The notes below the pieces were generated by a model. The model was not told where the DNA came from. It did not search any database and was given only the letters and a program-made list of their open reading frames with translations. Shown here piece after piece: positions 1 to 8,588 of a DNA stretch of 64,000 bases. Source of the stretch: a virus; the IMG/VR virus record IMGVR_UViG_3300030019_000030, one strand, 5' to 3'. A program made the position numbers and the translations under genes. Every line of letters starts with the position of its first letter. Within the stretch, counting starts at the first letter, position 1.

Positions 1-358
1 TGCCAGTTTCATTATTCCAACCTAAATCGTACCAATCTTTTAGAATTTTGAAGCAAAAAATTTGATAGTCATCATTTTGGTTAAGATTAAATACAATAGA
101 CAGATCATCTATATGTGTTTTTTCTGGCATCATAATAAACGCTCTTGTAGAGTATTTAAATCTTTGAACACCAGTTGATAAATCAGGATAAGTTGGGAAT
201 TTTGCTGATTTAGTATTTTCCAAAAGAAGGTGAGTTGCATTTGGATGTAAAGATTGAAGAACAGTTGGTAAAATAATTGTTACTTCGTATAAATTTTTGT
301 GAATAGGTTCCCATTTTTCTCTTGCCGTATCCACTGTTGTAAAGTGTGCTAATCCCAT
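1..358 (-). CDS. Tail tube protein (T4 gp19-like), runs off window start
   Basis: Not in ORF track; read manually from ATG at 358: MGLAHFTTVDTAREKWEPIHKNLYEVTIILP...FKILKDWYDLGWNNETG. Lies downstream of the sheath on the same strand and has a TTAATATATA motif upstream. Confidence 0.7.
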   Translation of the reverse strand, partial: MGLAHFTTVDTAREKWEPIHKNLYEVTIILPTVLQSLHPNATHLLLENTKSAKFPTYPDLSTGVQRFKYSTRAFIMMPEKTHIDDLSIVFNLNQNDDYQIFCFKILKDWYDLGWNNETG

Positions 359-535
359 TTTTTATTAGATTATTTTTTATAAATATATTAATATTCTATC
401 TATATATTAAATTTAACACACTGTAATGAAAAAAACCAACTAATATTTTATTTTACCTAAATAGGTGCTTATATACATAGTTTTTCATAAAAATACTAAA
501 AAACCGAAAAAAAATATTTATATATAATAGGTTTT

Positions 536-1063
536 TTATATGTTATATTTTGATGTTAAAAATAATTCAGGATATTTTTCAATTAAAAAATCATATATTT
601 TAATTACCTCATCAAAATTACTTTCTTTTATATCTTCAATCGATGTTATAGTCAAATTATCAATTTTTATTCTATTATATTTATTTGTTAGTATTGGAAT
701 AACTTCATATAATTCTGATATTTTATTCAAATCTAAAGTTAATGAATTTATTATTTCATAATAGTAATTTATAAAATTATCAACAGATTTTTTAGAATTC
801 AGAACTTTCAATTTTATTTGTCTATCATAAATCTCATCTCCATCAAAATTTGAAACTGAAATCGGAAGGAATTGTTCATCTTCCCAATATGGAGTAGCAT
901 ATACATAAAAATCATGATTACCCCATGTAAAAGCACCTGAACCATAATCCACATAAAACTCAAATCCATTAATTATTTTATTATCAGTTTTAATTTTATC
1001 ATATAGTATATCTATATATGTACTATCTTCATCAACACTTTCATTAAATCTTTTCAATTTCAT
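536..1063 (-). CDS. Hypothetical protein with CTS-like leader and KYNI tail
   Basis: Starts MKLKRFNES and ends TSKYNI*. Confidence 0.8.
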   Translation of the reverse strand: MKLKRFNESVDEDSTYIDILYDKIKTDNKIINGFEFYVDYGSGAFTWGNHDFYVYATPYWEDEQFLPISVSNFDGDEIYDRQIKLKVLNSKKSVDNFINYYYEIINSLTLDLNKISELYEVIPILTNKYNRIKIDNLTITSIEDIKESNFDEVIKIYDFLIEKYPELFLTSKYNI

Positions 1064-1066
1064 ATA

Positions 1067-1423
1067 TTATATATTAAATTTATTCACATTTTGTCTTAAT
1101 TTATATCTATCAATCAAATCCTGTTTTTCTTCTGATAAGTCAAGAATTTCTTTTGTACCAACAATAATCGAATTATCTTTATCGAAATAAAATTTAATAT
1201 CAAATGGAATATTAGTATATTTAACTTCTATCTCTAACTCATAATAACCTTTATTTATATCAACAATTTCTCCTATTGTATTATTAGTAAATTCTACTAT
1301 TTTATTTTTTTTAGCATCAGAGCTTCCGTTCCAAATATCATTTTTTTTTATATTTAGTACAACATAATTTCCTATTTTAATATCAGAATATTTGTATTCT
1401 TCATAAATTTTCAAATACTTCAT
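1067..1423 (-). CDS. SH3/KOW-like small protein with CTS-like leader and KFNI tail
   Basis: Starts MKYLKIYEE, contains IKIGNYVVL, ends VNKFNI*. Confidence 0.8.
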   Translation of the reverse strand: MKYLKIYEEYKYSDIKIGNYVVLNIKKNDIWNGSSDAKKNKIVEFTNNTIGEIVDINKGYYELEIEVKYTNIPFDIKFYFDKDNSIIVGTKEILDLSEEKQDLIDRYKLRQNVNKFNI

Positions 1424-1469
1424 ATTGTTATATATTAAAATTTAAAATTTATTTTTTATATATATTATT

Positions 1470-1871
1470 ATGAGATATATAAAAACTTTTGAAGATTTAA
1501 AAAATACAGTAATATCAATTAAAAAATTAATGGATGATTGCTTAACATATGATATTGATTTTTTTGATTTACTTAAAGAAATGATATTAAATAATATAAT
1601 AACATTTCAATGTTTTAAAAATTATGACAATGAAGGTAATTATACATATGATAATATTAGCAAAACTGGTAGAATTGAAGATGTTGATTTAGTTTCTGAA
1701 TACAGAAATGTTTATGAATATGATATATTAGTTAAAATGAATAAACGATGGTACCAGTTGACAGATAAAAAAATAAATTTATCACAAACTTTCACTTTAT
1801 ATAATCACAAAAAAGGTAAATTGGAGGAGGAATTAGAATTAGCAAAAAGTGCAGAAAAATTTAGAATATAA
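1470..1871 (+). CDS. Hypothetical protein with CTS-like leader and KFRI tail
   Basis: Starts MRYIKTFED and ends AEKFRI*. Confidence 0.8.
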   Translation: MRYIKTFEDLKNTVISIKKLMDDCLTYDIDFFDLLKEMILNNIITFQCFKNYDNEGNYTYDNISKTGRIEDVDLVSEYRNVYEYDILVKMNKRWYQLTDKKINLSQTFTLYNHKKGKLEEELELAKSAEKFRI

Positions 1872-1905
1872 AAAAAGAGAGAAATTAAATTTCTCTCTTT
1901 TTTTT
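1870..1905. terminator. Bidirectional intrinsic terminator
   Basis: Hairpin AAAAAAAGAGAGAAATT-A-AATTTCTCTCTTTTTTT between convergent genes. Confidence 0.85.
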
Positions 1906-1921
1906 AGTTATTTATATTTGA

Positions 1922-4900
1922 TTAATGAAATCCCATTGATTTAATATCACCTTTTTTCATTATTGTAATATTATTTACAATTATACCCATTCCTTTTATA
2001 AGTTCTACATAAGTATCAATAACTCCCATTTGCAGATCAATAACATAATCAGTATTATTACTTTCATCACAAACATTCCAGAAATCATATAATGCATTAT
2101 TATCCAACATATCTTTACAAATTTTATCTGCTCTATATTTAATTTCTGCTCTGATTTCAGCGGTATTAAATTGCCATTGATAACCTAATAACATATCATA
2201 CATTCTATTTTCAAGTTCAATAAGAACTTCTCTTGAATGTAAGAAGCTAAGAGATGAGAATGGAAACACTTGTGCAGTTACTTCATCATTAATACAATAT
2301 CCATTATTTAATTTATATACAATAGGATTTGCATTCATGCCATGTAAATATTCAAGATCTGTATTATTAAAGTCCATTTCAGTTTTAGTAATAGTTTGAA
2401 CTCTACCATTTGTAATACCAGCGCATATTGTCCAAGGAGTCATACCTGCTACATTAGATGTAAATTTCTGCATATAAGTTGTAGCTGCATAAGCTGCAGG
2501 TGGAACCCATTTTGGTATTCCATTATCATATATTCTTATATATGGAAAGAAATATCCAACACAACTTCTACCATCTACACCTTGATGAGTTTGAGCAAAT
2601 TGGTAATAATAATCTGGATTCTTACTATCATCAGCTCCTGCTTTAACAAAATCTAAATTAAGGGTATAATCAGCATTAACAAATGATGGATTATTTGATT
2701 CTCTAAATATTTTAGCACTTGGCATACTTATAAATCCTAAGCAATTAAGTTTCAAACCACAAAGATCAACAAGTTGTTGTTTTGAGCCATATCCTGACAT
2801 TGGAGTAAGTCCTAAACCAAATGAATCTATTAAATATCTCCATGAGATTTTATTTTTATCAGCTAATGCTTTTCCAAGATTCGTGTCCATTCCAACGATA
2901 TCAAGAATTGAATTTTGTCTAACATCAGTACCATTAGGTATAGAATCTGCATGTACTTTAAATGGAGATAAAACCAAAGCTTTATATTCATCAACATAAA
3001 CATCAATTTCTGAATAACTGAATGTCTGTAATGATGGAGTCTGTCCACTCAAATTGAAATATCCAATTTTTATAGGAGAATCAGTATACATTATTTTTCT
3101 ATCAACATTTGTCGGATCATTTTTAACATTTATAATTCTAGTTAATTTTCTAGGAACTGATCCTTCTAAATAACCTTCTCCATTAGGTGCAGCCCAATAT
3201 GATTCATCATAATATGCAGTTAAGAAATTACCTATTGTTATTTCTGAATATCTATTTTTATCAATTGCAATTTGTCTACAATCTGTAAGGTCATCACCAT
3301 ACCATTGTAATATTTCAACAGATTGTTTCCAATTAGATCTATTTGAAAATACAATTAATTTACTATTATATTCATTCACATCTATCCAGTTAGCATTTGG
3401 AATAGAAGTTGGAGTTGAAGGATTAATTGATGATAAGAAATTAACAGTTAATATATCATTTTGATCTATAAACATTTCTAAATATATTTTATTTGTCAAT
3501 CCACTATTATTATTAACATAAAAATAATCATAATTATTAATAACACCATTATAATAATCCAAATAAAATTGAGAATATTTTGCTACTATACCAGTAGTAT
3601 TTGAATCACCAAGAACATCATATCTTGTTGTTAATGTTGTACTGTCATGTAGCAAAAATTCATTGTCTGTATAATACATTAAGAAAGAATTATTATAATG
3701 ACATAAGCTAGGATTATTACTATTAATATATATTTTAATATTTGCATTTTGTGTTGACGTAGCTTCTGTTGCAGTTACCGCAGATATTGGATCTTTAGAT
3801 TCCGATACAAAAGAACCGTTATTTTGCTGAATCAAAACACTCTTAGTAGTAATATTATCATACATTTCATAAAATGCTTGAGATTCTCTAAGAGAATTAT
3901 AATCATTATAAACACCAATTTTTCCTGATGTTCCTTTAAATTCAATATTCATATAATTTTGATTATCAAAACCATTACTTATTAATGTTTCATATCCTGA
4001 ATTTGTACCAAATGAAACATATCCATTAGTATCTACAGATATTGGATTGTATGTTAATGTTAAACTTGATCCAGAATTAACAATTTGTACATATCCTAGA
4101 ATTATTGTATTATCTAAGCTAAATAAATAATCAGGTAGAACTGCACCAGTCACGTTAGGTGATGCAATACCTTCTAATACATCTACTACATTATTAGTAA
4201 GATAAATAACATCTACTCTTGATCCGTATTCATATGGAACACTTGATGATGATACAGTTGAAAATGTAACACCAGTAATAATTTCTCCACCTATGACATA
4301 ATATGAATTAGGAGAAACAGTAAAACTAGTATCTAATGTAGTTCCTATTGTAGTATCGCATTTAATTCCAAATGTCATTCCATTTGTATATACTCCAGTT
4401 CTAACATTTGCTCCATTCGTCATGAAATCTATATTATAACTATCTAAATTGTTAGTTATAACGTTATTTGGAGAATCTAAATATTTTTGAGCATATATGA
4501 TTTGCTCATTAAGAGTTGTACTATATGACATAAAATTTACGCTATTAACATCTTCTCCAACAATTGTACCACCTATAATATCAAGGCTACTTACTCTGAA
4601 ATCAGTTCCAAGTAAAACATCTTCATTATATGTACAGAACAATCCAGTTTTATCTGTATTATTATTTATAATATTTTTAATGTACATATCTCTATTATTC
4701 AAATCTTTAAAATATGGAATCAATGAGCAATCATAACTTGCAAGAATTGATACAGTACTTTCATTTAGGAATGCTGATATTTGAGTTTTAATTAAACCAT
4801 TTCTATCAAAATATTTACTAAATGTATTATCATTAGATAATGTTTTATAATCAGACCAATCACCTGCAACTACTACAACGGATACCAAGTAATCTGAAAT

Positions 4901-5524
4901 CCAATCCCTGTAATCAAGGTATGCAGGAACTTTTGTTCTATCACCATACCAAGCTTCTGCAGTAACATCAAATCCAGTAACAGATGACTTAAACATAAAT
5001 ACACTAATTTCAGTATCTCCCATATTTGTTATATGAAAAAGTCTATCAGTATCTTGTACTCCAAAGTTATTTGCTTTTACTACATTCAAAAATGAATCAG
5101 TATCTCTTTCCCAGAAATCTTGTCTATTATAAAATGATTCATAAGCAGATCTTATAACATCACTATTTTGAGAGTTGCTACTGGCAGAAACTCCTATAGA
5201 TTGCCAGTCTACTTTATCTCTATTTGGATCTGTGGCTAACAGATTCAATGCCCAAACTGGACCACTTTTTAACATTTGTTTAACAGTTTTATGAAAAAAA
5301 GAACCTTTATTTTCTAATCTTCTATCATCATCTCCAAATATTGTACTGAAATCAGTTGGATTTGTTACATAGATTGGAGTATTGAATGGACCTTTTTTTG
5401 AAAATCCAGGAACTAAATTAATTAAAACATTTTGCACTGGAAGTTGAACAATACTTTGATCTATTTCCTGAAAGAAAATACCTGGTCTTTTGTATTTTCC
5501 GAAATCTGCGTCTTTTATTGGCAT
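1922..5524 (-). CDS. Contractile tail sheath protein (large, 1200 aa)
   Basis: N-terminal RPGIFFQEID and PGFSKKGPFNTP; C-terminal WVPPAA, AGITNGRV, NANPI and VCDESNNT motifs typical of gp18-like sheaths. Confidence 0.92.
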   Translation of the reverse strand: MPIKDADFGKYKRPGIFFQEIDQSIVQLPVQNVLINLVPGFSKKGPFNTPIYVTNPTDFSTIFGDDDRRLENKGSFFHKTVKQMLKSGPVWALNLLATDPNRDKVDWQSIGVSASSNSQNSDVIRSAYESFYNRQDFWERDTDSFLNVVKANNFGVQDTDRLFHITNMGDTEISVFMFKSSVTGFDVTAEAWYGDRTKVPAYLDYRDWISDYLVSVVVVAGDWSDYKTLSNDNTFSKYFDRNGLIKTQISAFLNESTVSILASYDCSLIPYFKDLNNRDMYIKNIINNNTDKTGLFCTYNEDVLLGTDFRVSSLDIIGGTIVGEDVNSVNFMSYSTTLNEQIIYAQKYLDSPNNVITNNLDSYNIDFMTNGANVRTGVYTNGMTFGIKCDTTIGTTLDTSFTVSPNSYYVIGGEIITGVTFSTVSSSSVPYEYGSRVDVIYLTNNVVDVLEGIASPNVTGAVLPDYLFSLDNTIILGYVQIVNSGSSLTLTYNPISVDTNGYVSFGTNSGYETLISNGFDNQNYMNIEFKGTSGKIGVYNDYNSLRESQAFYEMYDNITTKSVLIQQNNGSFVSESKDPISAVTATEATSTQNANIKIYINSNNPSLCHYNNSFLMYYTDNEFLLHDSTTLTTRYDVLGDSNTTGIVAKYSQFYLDYYNGVINNYDYFYVNNNSGLTNKIYLEMFIDQNDILTVNFLSSINPSTPTSIPNANWIDVNEYNSKLIVFSNRSNWKQSVEILQWYGDDLTDCRQIAIDKNRYSEITIGNFLTAYYDESYWAAPNGEGYLEGSVPRKLTRIINVKNDPTNVDRKIMYTDSPIKIGYFNLSGQTPSLQTFSYSEIDVYVDEYKALVLSPFKVHADSIPNGTDVRQNSILDIVGMDTNLGKALADKNKISWRYLIDSFGLGLTPMSGYGSKQQLVDLCGLKLNCLGFISMPSAKIFRESNNPSFVNADYTLNLDFVKAGADDSKNPDYYYQFAQTHQGVDGRSCVGYFFPYIRIYDNGIPKWVPPAAYAATTYMQKFTSNVAGMTPWTICAGITNGRVQTITKTEMDFNNTDLEYLHGMNANPIVYKLNNGYCINDEVTAQVFPFSSLSFLHSREVLIELENRMYDMLLGYQWQFNTAEIRAEIKYRADKICKDMLDNNALYDFWNVCDESNNTDYVIDLQMGVIDTYVELIKGMGIIVNNITIMKKGDIKSMGFH

Positions 5525-5544
5525 AATTTAAAATTATTTTTATG

Positions 5545-5554
5545 TATATATTAA
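5545..5554 (-). promoter_or_regulatory. Putative late promoter TTAATATATA upstream of sheath
   Basis: The same 10-mer or a close variant lies shortly upstream of many structural and tagged genes; function inferred. Confidence 0.55.
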
Positions 5555-5669
5555 ATATTTATTGTAAAAAAATACTAATTGTTAATATTTCACTTATTCA
5601 CTTACAATATATATTAAATAGATTTTTTGAAAAATGTCAGAAAAAGATGCAAAATAAAAGATGATATAA

Positions 5670-5700
5670 TTTGTTTTATTCAATTTTTTTATTACCTTTA
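5670..5700 (+). promoter_or_regulatory. Near-consensus Bacteroidota sigma70 promoter
   Basis: TTTG-N19-TACCTTTA (consensus TTTG-N19-21-TAnnTTTG, last base differs). Confidence 0.45.
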
Positions 5701-6226
5701 TATAAGTGAAAAACAAAAAGAAATTACATTGAAAATAATAAAATTCAATAAGTAATTTTTAGATATAAATAACAGAAATAAAATAACAGAATCTTAGATA
5801 TAAATGATATGATGTTAAGTGAGTTGAATATAGAAATGCTGACTTCAAAAAGTGATGATATTTAAAAAAATTATAGTATAAGATATGAGATAATTAACCA
5901 AAATAATATTAACTAAAAAAGAAAAAGAAAAAGAAAAAGAAAAAAATGAATTATAATATTTAAATTTAGATTATTATTAAAAATAATCAGTTAAAGATAG
6001 AATATATCATTCTAATGTTGAACAAATTAAAATTATCAGCACATAATTTATAATGTGTCATAAAATGAATTAATTTCTCAACTCAATCATAACTATGTAA
6101 CATAGTATGACTTATATTAGTCTGTATGATAGAATCATATATTACAAAAAAAATAAATAGTTAAATAAATGTATTTTCTAAAACAAATGAATACATTTTG
6201 AATACAATAAATCAAACATAAACTTT

Positions 6227-6853
6227 ATGATATCAACTAAAAATAATGAACTTGAAAAACAGTTCGAAGTGCGTACAGGTATAAATTTTCAAGAATTTTA
6301 TAAAAATCACAAACCTAAATTAATATGGTATATCGCAAAATACACTAAAGACTCTGGAATTGCAGAGGATCATGTAGAAGATGCGTTTATTCAAGCATTA
6401 TTGAATATTGAAACTTATAAAAGACCTGATGAAGGTGGAGCACAACTAAACACTTGGATTTATAAAATCGCAGAAAATATAGTTAAAAAAGTTCACAAAG
6501 ACAGTGAAAGATTACCAACTGATTCAATTGATAAAGATTTAGCAATAAATTTTAGCTTATCTAACATTATAGCATATGATGATAGTAAAAAACCAACTGA
6601 AGAATATAATGTTTTTGTAAAAAAAGCAACAATCATAAAAGATGCAATATATAATCTACCTGAAAAAGATTCAAAATATAAGAAAGTTCTTATAATGAGA
6701 GAGATTGAAGGTATGCAATATAAAGAAATTTCAGATGAATTAAACATAAATCTATCTACTATAAAATCTCAAATCAAAAAAGGAAGAACAATAATCAGGA
6801 AAAAAGTAGAAAAAAAATTCAAAGATATAGATTATAATGAAGGTGAGAAATGA
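6227..6853 (+). CDS. ECF-type sigma-70 family RNA polymerase sigma factor
   Basis: Region 2 AEDHVEDAFIQAL...LNTWIYKIAEN; region 4 KVLIMREIEGMQYKEISDELNINLSTIKSQIKKGR. Confidence 0.9.
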   Translation: MISTKNNELEKQFEVRTGINFQEFYKNHKPKLIWYIAKYTKDSGIAEDHVEDAFIQALLNIETYKRPDEGGAQLNTWIYKIAENIVKKVHKDSERLPTDSIDKDLAINFSLSNIIAYDDSKKPTEEYNVFVKKATIIKDAIYNLPEKDSKYKKVLIMREIEGMQYKEISDELNINLSTIKSQIKKGRTIIRKKVEKKFKDIDYNEGEK

Positions 6854-7097
6854 TATAATGTCTTATGAGTCATCAAAATGGTATATAAAATTATGGAGAA
6901 ATAGATGGTATTTATATGCCATCTTTCTTCATTTTAAAAATTTTATTGACGTACAACTATGGATTGATTATTTAATACAGGATCACAACATATCTGATGA
7001 TACTAAAAATCTAACAACTAGATGGAGAGAAATAAAGCATCACATTGAAATCAGCAAGATGTACAAATTTTCAACAAAAATAGAAAGGGAAGACTAA
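6837..7097 (+). CDS. Hypothetical protein
   Basis: ORF overlapping the sigma-factor stop, with phage-like codon bias. Confidence 0.65.
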   Translation: MKVRNDIMSYESSKWYIKLWRNRWYLYAIFLHFKNFIDVQLWIDYLIQDHNISDDTKNLTTRWREIKHHIEISKMYKFSTKIERED

Positions 7098-7182
7098 TCT
7101 AATAATCAGCAATTTAAGTTATTTTTAAAATATTAATTTAAAATCTTGTTATATTTATAATAAATTATTCAAAAAATAATAT

Positions 7183-7190
7183 TATCTTTG
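7183..7190 (+). promoter_or_regulatory. Bacteroidota -7 element TATCTTTG
   Basis: TAnnTTTG about 40 nt upstream of the rhomboid ATG; no clear -33 TTTG. Confidence 0.5.
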
Positions 7191-7229
7191 TAACTCAATT
7201 TAAAAATAAATTTTAATAAAAAAAAAATT

Positions 7230-7961
7230 ATGACTGATCCAAATGGTAACAATTTTTCACCAAAGATGAAATCTATTAGAGAACTTCTTGATACTCCTGA
7301 ATTTAGAGATTATAAATTCAAGATTAAAAAAACTCAAAAGAGAAAAGAAACAGCCTACAAATTTACATCAATTGGTTATTCTACAGATGCAGTAAAGTAT
7401 CTAATAATTATAAATACTGTTATATTTATAGTTACTTCTTTTTTTATGCCTTCATTAATTGACATTGGTGCAATTTATAATATTTCAGATCAAAATTTTC
7501 AACCATATCAAATCATAACATCCATGTTTCTTCATGGTAGTTTTATTCATTTAATTGGAAACATGCTTGCATTATGGTTTGCAGGTAATTTTATAGATAA
7601 ATCAATTAGCAGCAAAAAATTCTTATTGTTATATTTCATAAGTGGTATTGCATCTAGTCTATTATGTATGCTAATTAGTCCATCACCTGCTGTTGGAGCA
7701 TCTGGCGCAATTGCTGGTGTAATGGCTGCACTTTTATTTTTAGCACCAGAATCTGAAGTTCTTTTATTCTTTGTTATTCCAATGAAAATAAAGAATTTTA
7801 TATATGGATTTGCAGCATTTTCTTTAATATTTGGCATATTATCAATAATTAATTCAAATTTAGGATTTGGAATAGCACATTTTGGACATTTAGGAGGATT
7901 GATTGGTGGATATTTAACAATGCTATATTGGAAAAATAAACGACAAATTCGTACTTATTAA
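7230..7961 (+). CDS. Rhomboid family intramembrane serine protease
   Basis: FLHGSFIHLIGNM, catalytic GASG and AHFGHLGG motifs, multiple hydrophobic helices. Confidence 0.93.
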   Translation: MTDPNGNNFSPKMKSIRELLDTPEFRDYKFKIKKTQKRKETAYKFTSIGYSTDAVKYLIIINTVIFIVTSFFMPSLIDIGAIYNISDQNFQPYQIITSMFLHGSFIHLIGNMLALWFAGNFIDKSISSKKFLLLYFISGIASSLLCMLISPSPAVGASGAIAGVMAALLFLAPESEVLLFFVIPMKIKNFIYGFAAFSLIFGILSIINSNLGFGIAHFGHLGGLIGGYLTMLYWKNKRQIRTY

Positions 7962-7962
7962 T

Positions 7963-8235
7963 ATGAAAACAAAATCAGGATACGAAACCAATGGAGATTA
8001 TATAAAATTCAAAAGTGGATTTACATCATTTTGGAAGGTCGAAACAGAAAATGATATCAAGCATTTTAAAACAGAATTTGATGCAGATATCCACATAATC
8101 ACAAAAATTGTAGGTTGTGAAAAAGGATATACTAATTGTAAGTATTATAAGGAGCAATTAAACGGTTGTCAAAATTGTAAAATAGGATATAATAAAAATT
8201 GTTCAAATTTACAAACACACACTGAAAAAATATAA
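7963..8235 (+). CDS. Hypothetical Cys-rich protein
   Basis: ORF with C-terminal CEKGYTNC...CQNC...NC. Confidence 0.6.
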   Translation: MKTKSGYETNGDYIKFKSGFTSFWKVETENDIKHFKTEFDADIHIITKIVGCEKGYTNCKYYKEQLNGCQNCKIGYNKNCSNLQTHTEKI

Positions 8236-8237
8236 AT

Positions 8238-8531
8238 ATGAAAAAATTATTTATTATATTAATATTATTAATTCCTTTGTTTTCATATTCTAATGTATCA
8301 TCAGAGGAAAAAGAACTTGATCCAAAGCAAGTTGTCAAAGACATAACAGAACAAAAAAAACTAATAGTTGAAACTCTTAATGAAGGAGGAAAAGGAGTTT
8401 CAATCATAACAGATGAAGTTCGTGTGTATGGATTAAAAAAAACAATAAAAGCAAATTCTGCTATTTTTGTACCTCTATTCATTTTTATAGTTTTTTTCTT
8501 GCTTTTTTTAAAAAATAGAGGTAAAGAATAG
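8238..8531 (+). CDS. Membrane protein with signal peptide and C-terminal TM helix
   Basis: MKKLFIILILLIPLFSYS signal; C-terminal AIFVPLFIFIVFFLLFLKNR. Confidence 0.75.
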   Translation: MKKLFIILILLIPLFSYSNVSSEEKELDPKQVVKDITEQKKLIVETLNEGGKGVSIITDEVRVYGLKKTIKANSAIFVPLFIFIVFFLLFLKNRGKE

Positions 8532-8551
8532 GTTATTAGAAAAAAATGTAT

Positions 8552-8559
8552 TACTTTTG
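8552..8559 (+). promoter_or_regulatory. Bacteroidota -7 element TACTTTTG
   Basis: TAnnTTTG about 30 nt upstream of the VWA gene. Confidence 0.55.
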
Positions 8560-8588
8560 TATATCAAATAAATAAATAATTAAAAAAT

